From positions 10,985 through 74,984 of the forward strand of contig JAZQMQ010000018.1 in the NCBI GenBank assembly GCA_045543555.1: DNA of 64,000 nt, written 5' to 3'. Every line of letters begins with the position of its first letter. Position 1 is the stretch's first letter. Positions 28,690-36,958 of the stretch are shown in pieces. The DNA is from Eubacteriales bacterium. GTDB taxonomy: Bacteria; Bacillota; Clostridia; Oscillospirales; CAG-272. A program made the translations under genes and the position numbers. Below the pieces are notes generated by a model. That model searched no databases, had not been told where the DNA came from, and saw only the letters and a list, made by a program, of their open reading frames with translations.

Positions 28690-29337
28690 ATGAACTTGGG
28701 TAATGTAGTCATATTCGGAGACAGCTATTCAACCTATGCTGGCTGTATCCCGGAGGGATATGCCCACTACTACGGCAGAGAAGATACCGAAGGCTGCGGC
28801 GTTAAGAACGCCGATATGACCTGGTGGCGTATGCTGATAAATGAATGCGAGGGCAATCTGCTCTTAAACGACAGCTGGTCGGGATCAACTGTTGGCTATA
28901 CGGGTTATAATGGAGATTGCTCAAAGACCAATTCCTTTATATTCCGCCTTCAGAGGCTTATTGAAAACGGCTTCTTTGAAGACAACAAAATCGATACTAT
29001 TCTCGTTTTTGGCGGCACTAACGACAACTGGGCTAACGCTCCCGTGGGTGAGGTTAAGGCAGGTGACATTGAATGGGACGAGCGCTTCCTTGTGCTTCCC
29101 GCGTTCTGTCACTTTGCGTCACTTCTTAAAAAGTGCGCTCCCTCCGCACGCGTTATCTTTATTGTAAATACCGATCTCAAACCAGAGGTTGAGCAGGGAA
29201 TTATCCGCGCAGGTAAGCTTTACGGCTATGAGAGTGTTCTTCTTTCCGACATCGATAAATATTCGGGACATCCTACTGATCTCGGCATGGTGCAGATAAA
29301 GGATCAGATAAAGGATCAGATAAAGGCGGTACTCTGA
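28690..29337 (+). CDS. SGNH-like hydrolase (second paralogue type)
   Basis: FGDSYS, SWSGS, GGTNDN and GHPT blocks are present. The C-terminus contains a QIKD tandem repeat. Confidence 0.7.
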   Translation: MNLGNVVIFGDSYSTYAGCIPEGYAHYYGREDTEGCGVKNADMTWWRMLINECEGNLLLNDSWSGSTVGYTGYNGDCSKTNSFIFRLQRLIENGFFEDNKIDTILVFGGTNDNWANAPVGEVKAGDIEWDERFLVLPAFCHFASLLKKCAPSARVIFIVNTDLKPEVEQGIIRAGKLYGYESVLLSDIDKYSGHPTDLGMVQIKDQIKDQIKAVL

Positions 29338-29984
29338 TGGTAAGATTTATTATAGTGCGCCACGGGTATAGTGTGACAAATAAAGTACAAATGTTCGCAG
29401 GACATCTTGATGCCGAGCTTGACGAGATAGGCTATACTCAGGCACAGTATCTGAAGAACTACATCTGCTCAAATTATCATATCGACAGCATATATTCAAG
29501 TGACTTAAGAAGAGCGGTTGACACCGTGCGCCCCATTGCCGACGAGCTTGGACTTGAAATAAAGACCGAAAGCGGAATCAGAGAGCTTGATGTGGGAGAG
29601 TGGAAGGGCCTTTTAACTTCGGAGGTTGCGGAGAGATACCCAGAATCCTATGCAGTATTCCTCAAGGATGTTGGTAACGCTCATCCCGAGGGTGGAGAGA
29701 GCTATTCCGACCTTGCTGAGAGGACGGATGAAGCATTCAGGCGCATAGCAGCTGAAAACGAAGGCAAAACGGTTCTTGTCGCAACCCACGGCGGTGTAAT
29801 AAGAGTCCTTCGTTGCCTTTGGGATGGCTACTGCGTAACTCATGCTCAGGTGCTCCCCCACGTTGCTAACGCTTCTGTTTCCGTTGCAGAATATGATAAT
29901 GGCAAATTCAACTTTGTATCCGTCGGATATGCCGGTCACTTAAACGATAATGTCAGCCAAAAAGATGTAAAACAACTTTTTTAA
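29337..29984 (+). CDS. Histidine phosphatase family protein (phosphoglycerate-mutase-like)
   Basis: The RHG motif appears in IIVRHGYSVTN, and ATHGGVIR appears later. Confidence 0.8.
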   Translation: MVRFIIVRHGYSVTNKVQMFAGHLDAELDEIGYTQAQYLKNYICSNYHIDSIYSSDLRRAVDTVRPIADELGLEIKTESGIRELDVGEWKGLLTSEVAERYPESYAVFLKDVGNAHPEGGESYSDLAERTDEAFRRIAAENEGKTVLVATHGGVIRVLRCLWDGYCVTHAQVLPHVANASVSVAEYDNGKFNFVSVGYAGHLNDNVSQKDVKQLF

Positions 29985-30084
29985 AATTTGAAGATTCTAC
30001 GGTAAAATAGCAGACGTCTTCTTATTTGAAATGCAAAAAATGTAAAATACGCATTTTATCAGGGTTGTAAGTAATCTTGATAAT

Positions 30085-30119
30085 AAAAAGCACCGACAAA
30101 ATTGTAGTCGGTGCTTTTT
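30085..30119. terminator. Bidirectional terminator
   Basis: aaaaagcaccgac/gtcggtgcttttt, a 13-bp stem that includes the A/T arms. Confidence 0.8.
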
Positions 30120-30141
30120 ATATATTCTTTCATTATGATCT

Positions 30142-30807
30142 TTATTGACCAATAAGTTCAAAACGATTGCGTTTACTTTTTATCAGTCCTTCGTTGCAAA
30201 GCTTGCTTATTTCATTGCTTAATCCGCTTCGGTCAACTCCAAGATAATCGGCAAGCTCCTGACGGTCAAAGGGGATGACAAAAATGTTGCTTCCTGCTTT
30301 TTTTGATTGAATGCTGAGATACTTAAGAAGCTTTTCTCTTGTGGTTTTTCCTGATGTAATTTCAATGCGCTGATGGAGAATAATATTTTGTGTGGCGATG
30401 TCCTTCATTAAATTAAAAATTAATTGATGATGAAATCCGCATGCGTTTGAACAGGTATGAAGTATATGAGAGCATTCAATGAACATAACGTAGCTAGGCT
30501 CGTCTGCAATGACTGAAAAAGGGAGCTTTTTTATATCGGAGGCTGCAAATGCCTCGCAAAAGGTTTGTGAGGGAAGAACCTCGGAGAGAATTATACGATT
30601 CCCGTCGTAATCAAGAGAGGTAACGTGAAGTACACCGGATAAAACTATACCAATGTGACGTGCGCGGTTGCCCTCTGCCATCACGGTATATTTTTTGTCG
30701 AAAAAATCCACCCTTGCGCCGAGACAATTAAGCATTTTTAAAAGCATATCTCGCTCAATACCTAAAAAAAGAGGACAATTTTTTAAAATATCAAAATATT
30801 TTTCCAT
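30142..30807 (-). CDS. Crp/Fnr-family transcriptional regulator
   Basis: A cNMP-binding-like N-terminus and a C-terminal HTH, RQELADYLGVDRSGLSNEISKL. The start is placed at the ATG at 30807, which has GGAG upstream, because the longer ORF would include the palindromic operator. Confidence 0.85.
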   Translation of the reverse strand: MEKYFDILKNCPLFLGIERDMLLKMLNCLGARVDFFDKKYTVMAEGNRARHIGIVLSGVLHVTSLDYDGNRIILSEVLPSQTFCEAFAASDIKKLPFSVIADEPSYVMFIECSHILHTCSNACGFHHQLIFNLMKDIATQNIILHQRIEITSGKTTREKLLKYLSIQSKKAGSNIFVIPFDRQELADYLGVDRSGLSNEISKLCNEGLIKSKRNRFELIGQ

Positions 30808-30820
30808 ACTTTTCTCCATT

Positions 30821-30836
30821 TGTTGAAAATTCAACA
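30821..30836. promoter_or_regulatory. Perfect 16-bp palindrome TGTTGAAAATTCAACA, a candidate Crp/Fnr-family box in the divergent promoter region
   Basis: It has the 5-6-5 architecture of TGTGA-N6-TCACA-type sites. It is centred about 41.5 nt upstream of the TSS predicted from TATAAT at 30858-30863. Confidence 0.55.
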
Positions 30837-30896
30837 TACATATCATTTGTATTATACTATAATTAGTTCAGAAAATCAAGGAGAAACAAAAAGTTT

Positions 30897-31592
30897 ATGA
30901 AAAGAAAAATAATAAAAATAGACGATGAAAAGTGTAACGGTTGCGGCATTTGTGCTAAAGCTTGTCATGAGGGAGCTATCGAAATGATCAACGGTAAGGC
31001 TAAGCTTACCCGTGAAGATTACTGTGACGGTCTTGGTGATTGTCTCCCCGCTTGTCCTACAAACGCAATAAGCTTTGAGGAACGTGAAGCGCCGGCTTAT
31101 AATGAGGCAGCAGTCAGAGCGGCAAAGGAAGTAAAAAATGCAGAAAATCATTCTTGCGCCTGCCCCGGTTCACGCTCGCGGTCTATAAGCAGGGAAGGAC
31201 AGTATCGGCAAAAGAGTCAAACCACTCCCAGCCAGCTGATGCAGTGGCCATGTCAGCTTAAGCTCGTCCCGGTAAACGCTCCGTATTTCGATAATGCAGA
31301 TCTGCTTATTGCAGCTGACTGCGCTGCATATGCTTACGGAGGATTCCATCAGGACTTTATGAGAAACCGTATAACCCTTATAGGCTGTCCTAAGCTTGAC
31401 GAAGGGGATTATTCTGAAAAGCTAACGCAGATAATAGCGTTTAACAATATAAAAAGTGTCAAGGTGGTTCGTATGGAGGTTCCTTGTTGCGGAGGTATCG
31501 AAAATGCGGTAAAGCGTGCTTTGATGAATAGCGGAAAATTTATTCCGTGGCAGGTGATTACAATTACCACGGATGGAAAAATAATAGAATGA
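30897..31592 (+). CDS. 4Fe-4S dicluster ferredoxin-domain protein with a Cys-rich C-terminal domain
   Basis: CNGCGICAKACHEGAI and CDGLGDCLPACPTNAI are present. The C-terminal part contains ...GCPKLD...VPCCGG.... Confidence 0.75.
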   Translation: MKRKIIKIDDEKCNGCGICAKACHEGAIEMINGKAKLTREDYCDGLGDCLPACPTNAISFEEREAPAYNEAAVRAAKEVKNAENHSCACPGSRSRSISREGQYRQKSQTTPSQLMQWPCQLKLVPVNAPYFDNADLLIAADCAAYAYGGFHQDFMRNRITLIGCPKLDEGDYSEKLTQIIAFNNIKSVKVVRMEVPCCGGIENAVKRALMNSGKFIPWQVITITTDGKIIE

Positions 31593-31664
31593 AATAGATT
31601 TTCTATTGCAATACAAATAATAATATGATATAATCGCAAATGAATAAAAATGAGGTGGTTTAAT

Positions 31665-33455
31665 ATGTTTATTACAAACGACATAAAATATATAGGAGTA
31701 AACGACCATAAGGTGGATCTGTTCGAGGGACAGTATAAGGTGCCAAACGGTATGTCTTATAAGTCCTATGTGATTCTGGTTGAAAAGATCGCAGTTATGG
31801 ATACCGTGGACAGAAATTTTACACACGAATGGCTCGACAATCTTGAGAGTGTACTTGATGGCAGACATCCCGATTATCTTATAATTCAGCATATGGAGCC
31901 CGATCATTCGGCAAACATAATGAACTTTATGAGTGCCTATCCCGATGCGGTGATCGTATCCTCGGCAAAGGCATTTGCCATGATGAAAAATTACTTCGGC
32001 ACAGATTTTTCCGATTGCCGTATAGTAGTTGGCGAGGGTGACACCCTTACCCTCGGCAAGCACACCCTTGCATTCGTTGCAGCACCGATGGTCCACTGGC
32101 CCGAGGTAATCGTGACATACGACGTAACCGAAAAAATTCTTTTCTCCGCCGACGGCTTCGGTAAATTCGGAGCGCTCGACGTAAACGAGGAATGGGCGGA
32201 TGAGGCGAGACGCTACTATATCGGTATCGTCGGCAAGTACGGTGTGCAGGTGCAGGCGCTTCTCAAGAAGGCGGCAGGACTTGACATTGCGATGATCTGC
32301 CCCCTCCACGGACCTGTGCTCAGTGAAAATCTCGGCTATTACATCGGTCTTTACGATACCTGGTCAAGCTATCAAGCAGAGGAGGAGGGAATAGTAATTG
32401 CCTATACCTCCGTTTACGGAAACACCAAAAAGGCGGTAAATCTTCTTGCCGAAAAGCTCACCGAGGGCGGCGCTCCAAAGGTTATCGTTTATGACCTGGC
32501 AAGATGCGATATGGCTCAGGCAGTTTCCGATGCCTTCAGATACAGTAAGCTTGTACTTGCAACCACCACCTATAACGCCGACATTTTCCCCTTTATGCGC
32601 GAATTTATCGACCACCTTACCGAGCGTAGCTTCAAGAACCGCACCGTCGCTCTTATCGAAAACGGCAGCTGGGCCCCTCTTGCGGCAAAGGTTATGAAGG
32701 ATATGCTTGCGGTCTGCAAGAATATCACCTATACCGATACAACGGTGAAGATCCTCTCGGCTCTTAACGACGAAAGTCTGTTACAGCTTGATTCTCTTAC
32801 TGAGGAGCTTTGTCGCGAATACGTGGCAAGAGAAAGCTCAAGAGCGAATAAAAACGATCTTTCAGCTTTGTTCAATATTGGCTACGGTCTATATGTTGTT
32901 ACCTCTAATGATGGAAAGAAAGACAACGGCCTTATCGTAAACACTGTAACTCAGGTTACAAATACCCCAAACCGTATTGCAGTAACCATAAACAAGGCAA
33001 ATTACTCCCACCATATTATAAAACAGACGGGAACAATGAACATAAACTGTCTGTCTCAGGAAGCGCCCTTCTCGGTATTTGAAAGCTTCGGCTTTGTAAG
33101 CGGAAGAAACGTTGACAAATTTAAGGATTGTCAGCCTCTTCGTTCTGATAACGGCCTTGTTTTCCTACCCAAATATATCAATTCCTTCATGTCTCTCAAG
33201 GTAGAGCAGTATATCGATCTCGATACTCACGGTATGTTCATCTGCTCGGTCACCGAGGCGAGAGTTATCTCTGACCGTGAGACTATGACGTACACCTATT
33301 ATCAGAACAATGTCAAGCCCAAGCCCGTAACCGAGGGAGTGAAGGGATACGTCTGCAAGATCTGCGGATATATCTACGAGGGTGAGACTTTGCCCGACGA
33401 TTATATTTGCCCTTTGTGCAAGCACGGGGTAAGTGATTTCGAAAAAATTCAATAA
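31665..33455 (+). CDS. Multidomain flavodiiron protein: metallo-beta-lactamase-like diiron domain, flavodoxin, flavin-reductase-like domain and rubredoxin
   Basis: The diiron motif HMEPDH, flavodoxin IVIAYTSVYGNTKK, a Flavin_Reduct-like segment YGLYVVTSNDGKKDNGLIVNTVTQV, and C-terminal CKICGY...CPLCKHG. Confidence 0.85.
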   Translation: MFITNDIKYIGVNDHKVDLFEGQYKVPNGMSYKSYVILVEKIAVMDTVDRNFTHEWLDNLESVLDGRHPDYLIIQHMEPDHSANIMNFMSAYPDAVIVSSAKAFAMMKNYFGTDFSDCRIVVGEGDTLTLGKHTLAFVAAPMVHWPEVIVTYDVTEKILFSADGFGKFGALDVNEEWADEARRYYIGIVGKYGVQVQALLKKAAGLDIAMICPLHGPVLSENLGYYIGLYDTWSSYQAEEEGIVIAYTSVYGNTKKAVNLLAEKLTEGGAPKVIVYDLARCDMAQAVSDAFRYSKLVLATTTYNADIFPFMREFIDHLTERSFKNRTVALIENGSWAPLAAKVMKDMLAVCKNITYTDTTVKILSALNDESLLQLDSLTEELCREYVARESSRANKNDLSALFNIGYGLYVVTSNDGKKDNGLIVNTVTQVTNTPNRIAVTINKANYSHHIIKQTGTMNINCLSQEAPFSVFESFGFVSGRNVDKFKDCQPLRSDNGLVFLPKYINSFMSLKVEQYIDLDTHGMFICSVTEARVISDRETMTYTYYQNNVKPKPVTEGVKGYVCKICGYIYEGETLPDDYICPLCKHGVSDFEKIQ

Positions 33456-33471
33456 ATCAGGAGGAATTAAA

Positions 33472-33984
33472 ATGTTAAACGCAAAGGTACACGAGTTATT
33501 AAATCAGCAGATCAACAAAGAGTTCTATTCGGCATACCTCTATCTCGAATTTTCAAACTACTTTGAGGATAAGGGGCTGGACGGATTTGCAAACTGGTAT
33601 AAGATCCAGGCACAAGAGGAAAGGGATCACGCAATGCTCTTCTACACTTACCTGCAGAACGAGAATGCAAAGGTTACCCTTGATGCAATAGCTAAACCTG
33701 AATACGCAGCAGAATGTCATATGGATGTTTTAAAGGCAGGTCTTACTCATGAAGAATATGTAACCTCCCTTATCAACGACATATATGCTGCTGCTTACGA
33801 GGTAAAAGACTTCAGAACCATGCAGTTCCTTGACTGGTTTGTAAAAGAGCAGGGTGAGGAGGAGACCAACGCTAACGACCTGATTACCAAAATGGAGCTT
33901 TACGGCTCCGACCCCAGAAGTCTCTATATGCTCAATTCCGAGCTTGGAGCAAGGGTTTACAACGCACCCTCTTTGGTGCTTTAA
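33472..33984 (+). CDS. Ferritin (non-haem, Ftn-type)
   Basis: LNQQINKEFYSAYLYLEFSNYF...QAQEERDHAM. AGGAGG lies upstream of the ATG at 33472. Confidence 0.85.
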   Translation: MLNAKVHELLNQQINKEFYSAYLYLEFSNYFEDKGLDGFANWYKIQAQEERDHAMLFYTYLQNENAKVTLDAIAKPEYAAECHMDVLKAGLTHEEYVTSLINDIYAAAYEVKDFRTMQFLDWFVKEQGEEETNANDLITKMELYGSDPRSLYMLNSELGARVYNAPSLVL

Positions 33985-34014
33985 TGAAATTATAATTTAA
34001 AGGAGATTGTTACT

Positions 34015-34170
34015 ATGAAATACGTATGCGACGTTTGTGGCTGGGAATATGACGAAGAGCTGGGCGACGAGGAGCTCGGCATCGCTCCCGGAACTAAGTT
34101 TGACGATCTTCCCGAGGATTTTGAGTGCCCCCTCTGCGCAGTGGGCAAGGACGAATTTTCCGAGGCTTAA
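34015..34170 (+). CDS. Rubredoxin (51 aa; below the ORF-track cutoff)
   Basis: [15 protein letters not shown]...[13 protein letters not shown] has two CxxC pairs. AGGAG lies upstream. Confidence 0.85.
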   Translation: MKYVCDVCGWEYDEELGDEELGIAPGTKFDDLPEDFECPLCAVGKDEFSEA

Positions 34171-34181
34171 TTATATAAAAT

Positions 34182-34212
34182 AAAAAAGTGCCTTTCGGCA
34201 CTTTTTTATTTT
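34182..34212. terminator. Bidirectional terminator
   Basis: aaaaaagtgcc-tttc-ggcactttttt. Confidence 0.8.
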
Positions 34213-34238
34213 ATATAACGCCCTTTTGAAGAATCACG

Positions 34239-35162
34239 TTAGCGTACCGCACTTTCACCCGTGGCGATGATGAGATAGCAGGAACGCGCCTTCTCGTAAA
34301 AGGCAAAACGCTCAATATTATCAAAGGCTGCTTCGCCTCTGTCATCGTATTTTGCAACGATGCTCTTGTATTCATCCCATATCGGCGTCGCTATCCTGCC
34401 AAAGTCGGAGGGTGTCAGCTCCATCAAGGAAACAGTGCGGTCAGCGTAGGTGTCAAGGGTAATCAAGGTGAGAATGGCGTCAAGAATTTCGTGAACACCG
34501 AGACCGTTGAGAACGTCGTTTTCAGTCGCGAGAATATAGGGCTCGCGAGCACCGTTCCAGTCGAATGAGGTGTTGAGCATAGCCTCATGGAAGTCACAGT
34601 TGGGATAGAAGTCGGTCCACGGTCTCTGAACCTGGAAGCCTGCGGCGATGGTGTTGAGACCTAACATTTCCTCCTCACAGCCTGCGGGAATGTTGGTAAC
34701 CTCGTCGAGATTCTGAACGTCGTGACCTAGATGCCGAATGCGGGCAGACCTTTTTGAGCGTGGGAAGCGAGAACCGATACAAGATAAATCGCGCCGGGAC
34801 GCTCGGTACCGTTGAAGCCCCAAACACCCTTAATGGTCTGGGGATCCATATCCATGGTCTCGGAGCCGTAGCACCGGCAGGGAGTAACGGTGAGGGTGAT
34901 ATCAACGCCGTTTCTCTTGAACCTTTTCAGCACAAGCGGAAGCCTCCGCAACACGACCGATGGTGGTGTCTGCGATTATTACACGAAAGGGCTCACCGTT
35001 TGAGTAACAGAGATTTTCTTCAAAAAGCTTTTTGGCGGCATTAGCCATTGCCATGGTCTGCTCCTCAAGTGATTCTCTGACCTTAAGGGGACCGCGTCTT
35101 CCGTCGATTGTGGGACGAATGCCTATAACGGGGTGTTCGCCAACGTAACGGTTTGTAGCCAT
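34239..35162 (-). pseudogene. fucI: L-fucose isomerase relic in three frames, with a large internal deletion and a foreign-looking C-terminus
   Basis: The pieces match E. coli FucI blocks: [28 protein letters not shown], then [18 protein letters not shown]...[11 protein letters not shown], then ...[45 protein letters not shown]. About 310 of roughly 590 aa remain. Confidence 0.8.
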
Positions 35163-35406
35163 ATAAATATCCTCCGGAGATATATATTTTTTCTGTTTCA
35201 GTTATGCATTAGCAACTAAAAATTGTCAAGATATAGCCTTACAAAAAACATAGGACGGAACTCATATAAGCATTCCCTCAAGAGTGCCCTCGGATGCCGG
35301 TACAGAAGCGAGATAAACGAAAAACAGAGGCGCTTTCCGAATATTCAGACCCCTGATGAAACCGCTCTGTCGCTATGACCTGGTTTGAAAACAGCCTTGG
35401 CTGTAT

Positions 35407-35466
35407 GCTCGGTCTTGTGGTGAAAGCGCGTATCTGAAAACAGAATGATAAAAAGGCTTGAAAGTA
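35407..35466. repeat. Intergenic repeat, compact copy (40-mer and 20-mer contiguous)
   Basis: gctcggtcttgtggtgaaagcgcgtatctgaaaacagaat followed by gataaaaaggcttgaaagta. The two parts are identical to 45757-45796 and 45860-45879. Confidence 0.95.
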
Positions 35467-35497
35467 TGCGCTTGAGTTATATGCTTAAACATTATAA

Positions 35498-35533
35498 GAA
35501 AAAGCGAAGTCACTGTGTGACTCCGCTTTTTTG
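35498..35533 (-). terminator. Terminator after nfnB (hairpin usable in both directions)
   Basis: gcgaagtcac-tgt-gtgactccgc, flanked by A and T runs. Confidence 0.7.
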
Positions 35534-35549
35534 CTTCATTAAATATTAA

Positions 35550-36956
35550 TCATGAAAGAGCATCGATGATCGCTTTTGCTGCGATTTTGCCCGAGCCCAT
35601 AGCTGAGATAACAGTAGCTGCGCCGGTAACAGCGTCACCGCCTGCGTAAACGGAGTTACGAGATGTTAGACCGTCCTCGTTTACAATGATTCCGCCGTGA
35701 CGGTTAACTTCAAGTCCTTCTGTAGTTGATTTGATAAGCGGATTCGGCGACGTACCGATTGACATTACGACGGTATCAACGTCTATAACGAATTCGCTGC
35801 CTTCAATAGATACAGGACGGCGTCTGCCCTTTTCGTCAGGTTCGCCGAGCTCCATTCTGACGCACTTCATACCCGTTACAAAGCCGTTCTTCGGATCTTT
35901 TGGATTCTGGGGATTATTGTAGCCAATTATCTCAGTGGGATTGCACAGAAGATTAAATTGGATACCTTCCTCTTCTGCGTGCTTAACCTCCTCGCGTCTT
36001 GCGGGAAGCTCCTCCATTGATCTGCGATAAACGACGTAAACCTTTTCTGCACCGAGACGAAGTGCGGTTCTTGCGGCATCCATAGCAACGTTTCCACCGC
36101 CTACAATCGCGACCCTTCCACCCTTCATGATAGGAGTTTCGGGGGTTTCGAGGTATGACTTCATTAAATTGCTTCTTGTCAGGAACTCATTGGCGGAGTA
36201 AACGCCCTTATATGCCTCGCCCGGAATATTCATGAAATTAGGAAGTCCAGCACCCGAACCAATGAATACAGCCTCATAGCCCATTTCAAACAGCTCGTCG
36301 ACAGTGAGAGTTTTACCTATTACAACGTTGGTTTCTATCTTAACTCCGAGTGCTTTAAGCCCCTCAACCTCCTTGGCAACGATTGCTTTGGGAAGACGGA
36401 ATTCGGGGATACCGTAAACAAGAACGCCGCCCGCGGTGTGAAGAGCCTCAAAAATGGTTACTTCAAAGCCAGCTTTGGCGAGATCTCCCGCACATGTAAG
36501 ACCCGAAGGTCCTGAACCAACTATTGCGACTCTGTGACCGTTACTTTCAGGACGAACCGGAGCCTCAGAACAGAAGGTGTTGTGCCAATCGGCAACAAAG
36601 CGTTCAAGACGGCCGATGCCAACGCTTTCGCCCTTAATACCGCGAACGCACTTGGATTCGCACTGATTTTCCTGAGGACATACTCTTCCGCAAACAGCAG
36701 GAAGGGAAGATGTTTTAGCTATGATCTGATAAGCACCCTCAAAGTCGCATTCCTTGATCTTGGCGATAAACTCGGGTATACGTATCTTAACGGGGCAACC
36801 CGAAACACAGGGCATATTCTTACAGTTAAGGCAACGGTTTGCCTCGTCGATTGCTATTTCTTCGGTGTAGCCCAGAGCAACCTCGTTGAAATTATGAGCA
36901 CGAACCTTGGCATCTTGTGTTGGCATCTCGTTTCTTTTAGGATTCATATTTGCCAT
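35550..36956 (-). CDS. nfnB: NfnB-type subunit (GltD-like, 'glutamate synthase small chain'-like) of NADH-dependent reduced ferredoxin:NADP oxidoreductase
   Basis: N-terminal Cys clusters CLNCKNMPCVSGCP...CGRVCPQENQCESKC and two Rossmann motifs, VAIVGSGPSGL and VAIVGGGNVAMD. It is paired with a PyrK-like subunit. Confidence 0.8.
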   Translation of the reverse strand: MANMNPKRNEMPTQDAKVRAHNFNEVALGYTEEIAIDEANRCLNCKNMPCVSGCPVKIRIPEFIAKIKECDFEGAYQIIAKTSSLPAVCGRVCPQENQCESKCVRGIKGESVGIGRLERFVADWHNTFCSEAPVRPESNGHRVAIVGSGPSGLTCAGDLAKAGFEVTIFEALHTAGGVLVYGIPEFRLPKAIVAKEVEGLKALGVKIETNVVIGKTLTVDELFEMGYEAVFIGSGAGLPNFMNIPGEAYKGVYSANEFLTRSNLMKSYLETPETPIMKGGRVAIVGGGNVAMDAARTALRLGAEKVYVVYRRSMEELPARREEVKHAEEEGIQFNLLCNPTEIIGYNNPQNPKDPKNGFVTGMKCVRMELGEPDEKGRRRPVSIEGSEFVIDVDTVVMSIGTSPNPLIKSTTEGLEVNRHGGIIVNEDGLTSRNSVYAGGDAVTGAATVISAMGSGKIAAKAIIDALS

Positions 36957-36958
36957 TT

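Noticed and set aside
31422-32309. A 295-aa minus-strand ORF antisense to the flavodiiron gene, with similar antisense ORFs at 1104-1769, 26170-26793, 27208-27909, 44501-45306 and 47899-48558
   Set aside because: All of them overlap strongly supported plus-strand genes, lack an RBS and have low-complexity or implausible composition. I treated them as non-coding frames.
35165-35406. A possible riboswitch, T-box or small gene upstream of the 60-nt repeat (GGTGAAAGCGCG vaguely recalls the T-box GGUGGUACCGCG)
   Set aside because: The match is partial. There is no specifier or antiterminator architecture, and no downstream gene in the right orientation, since the region is flanked by the fucI relic start and the nfnB terminator.
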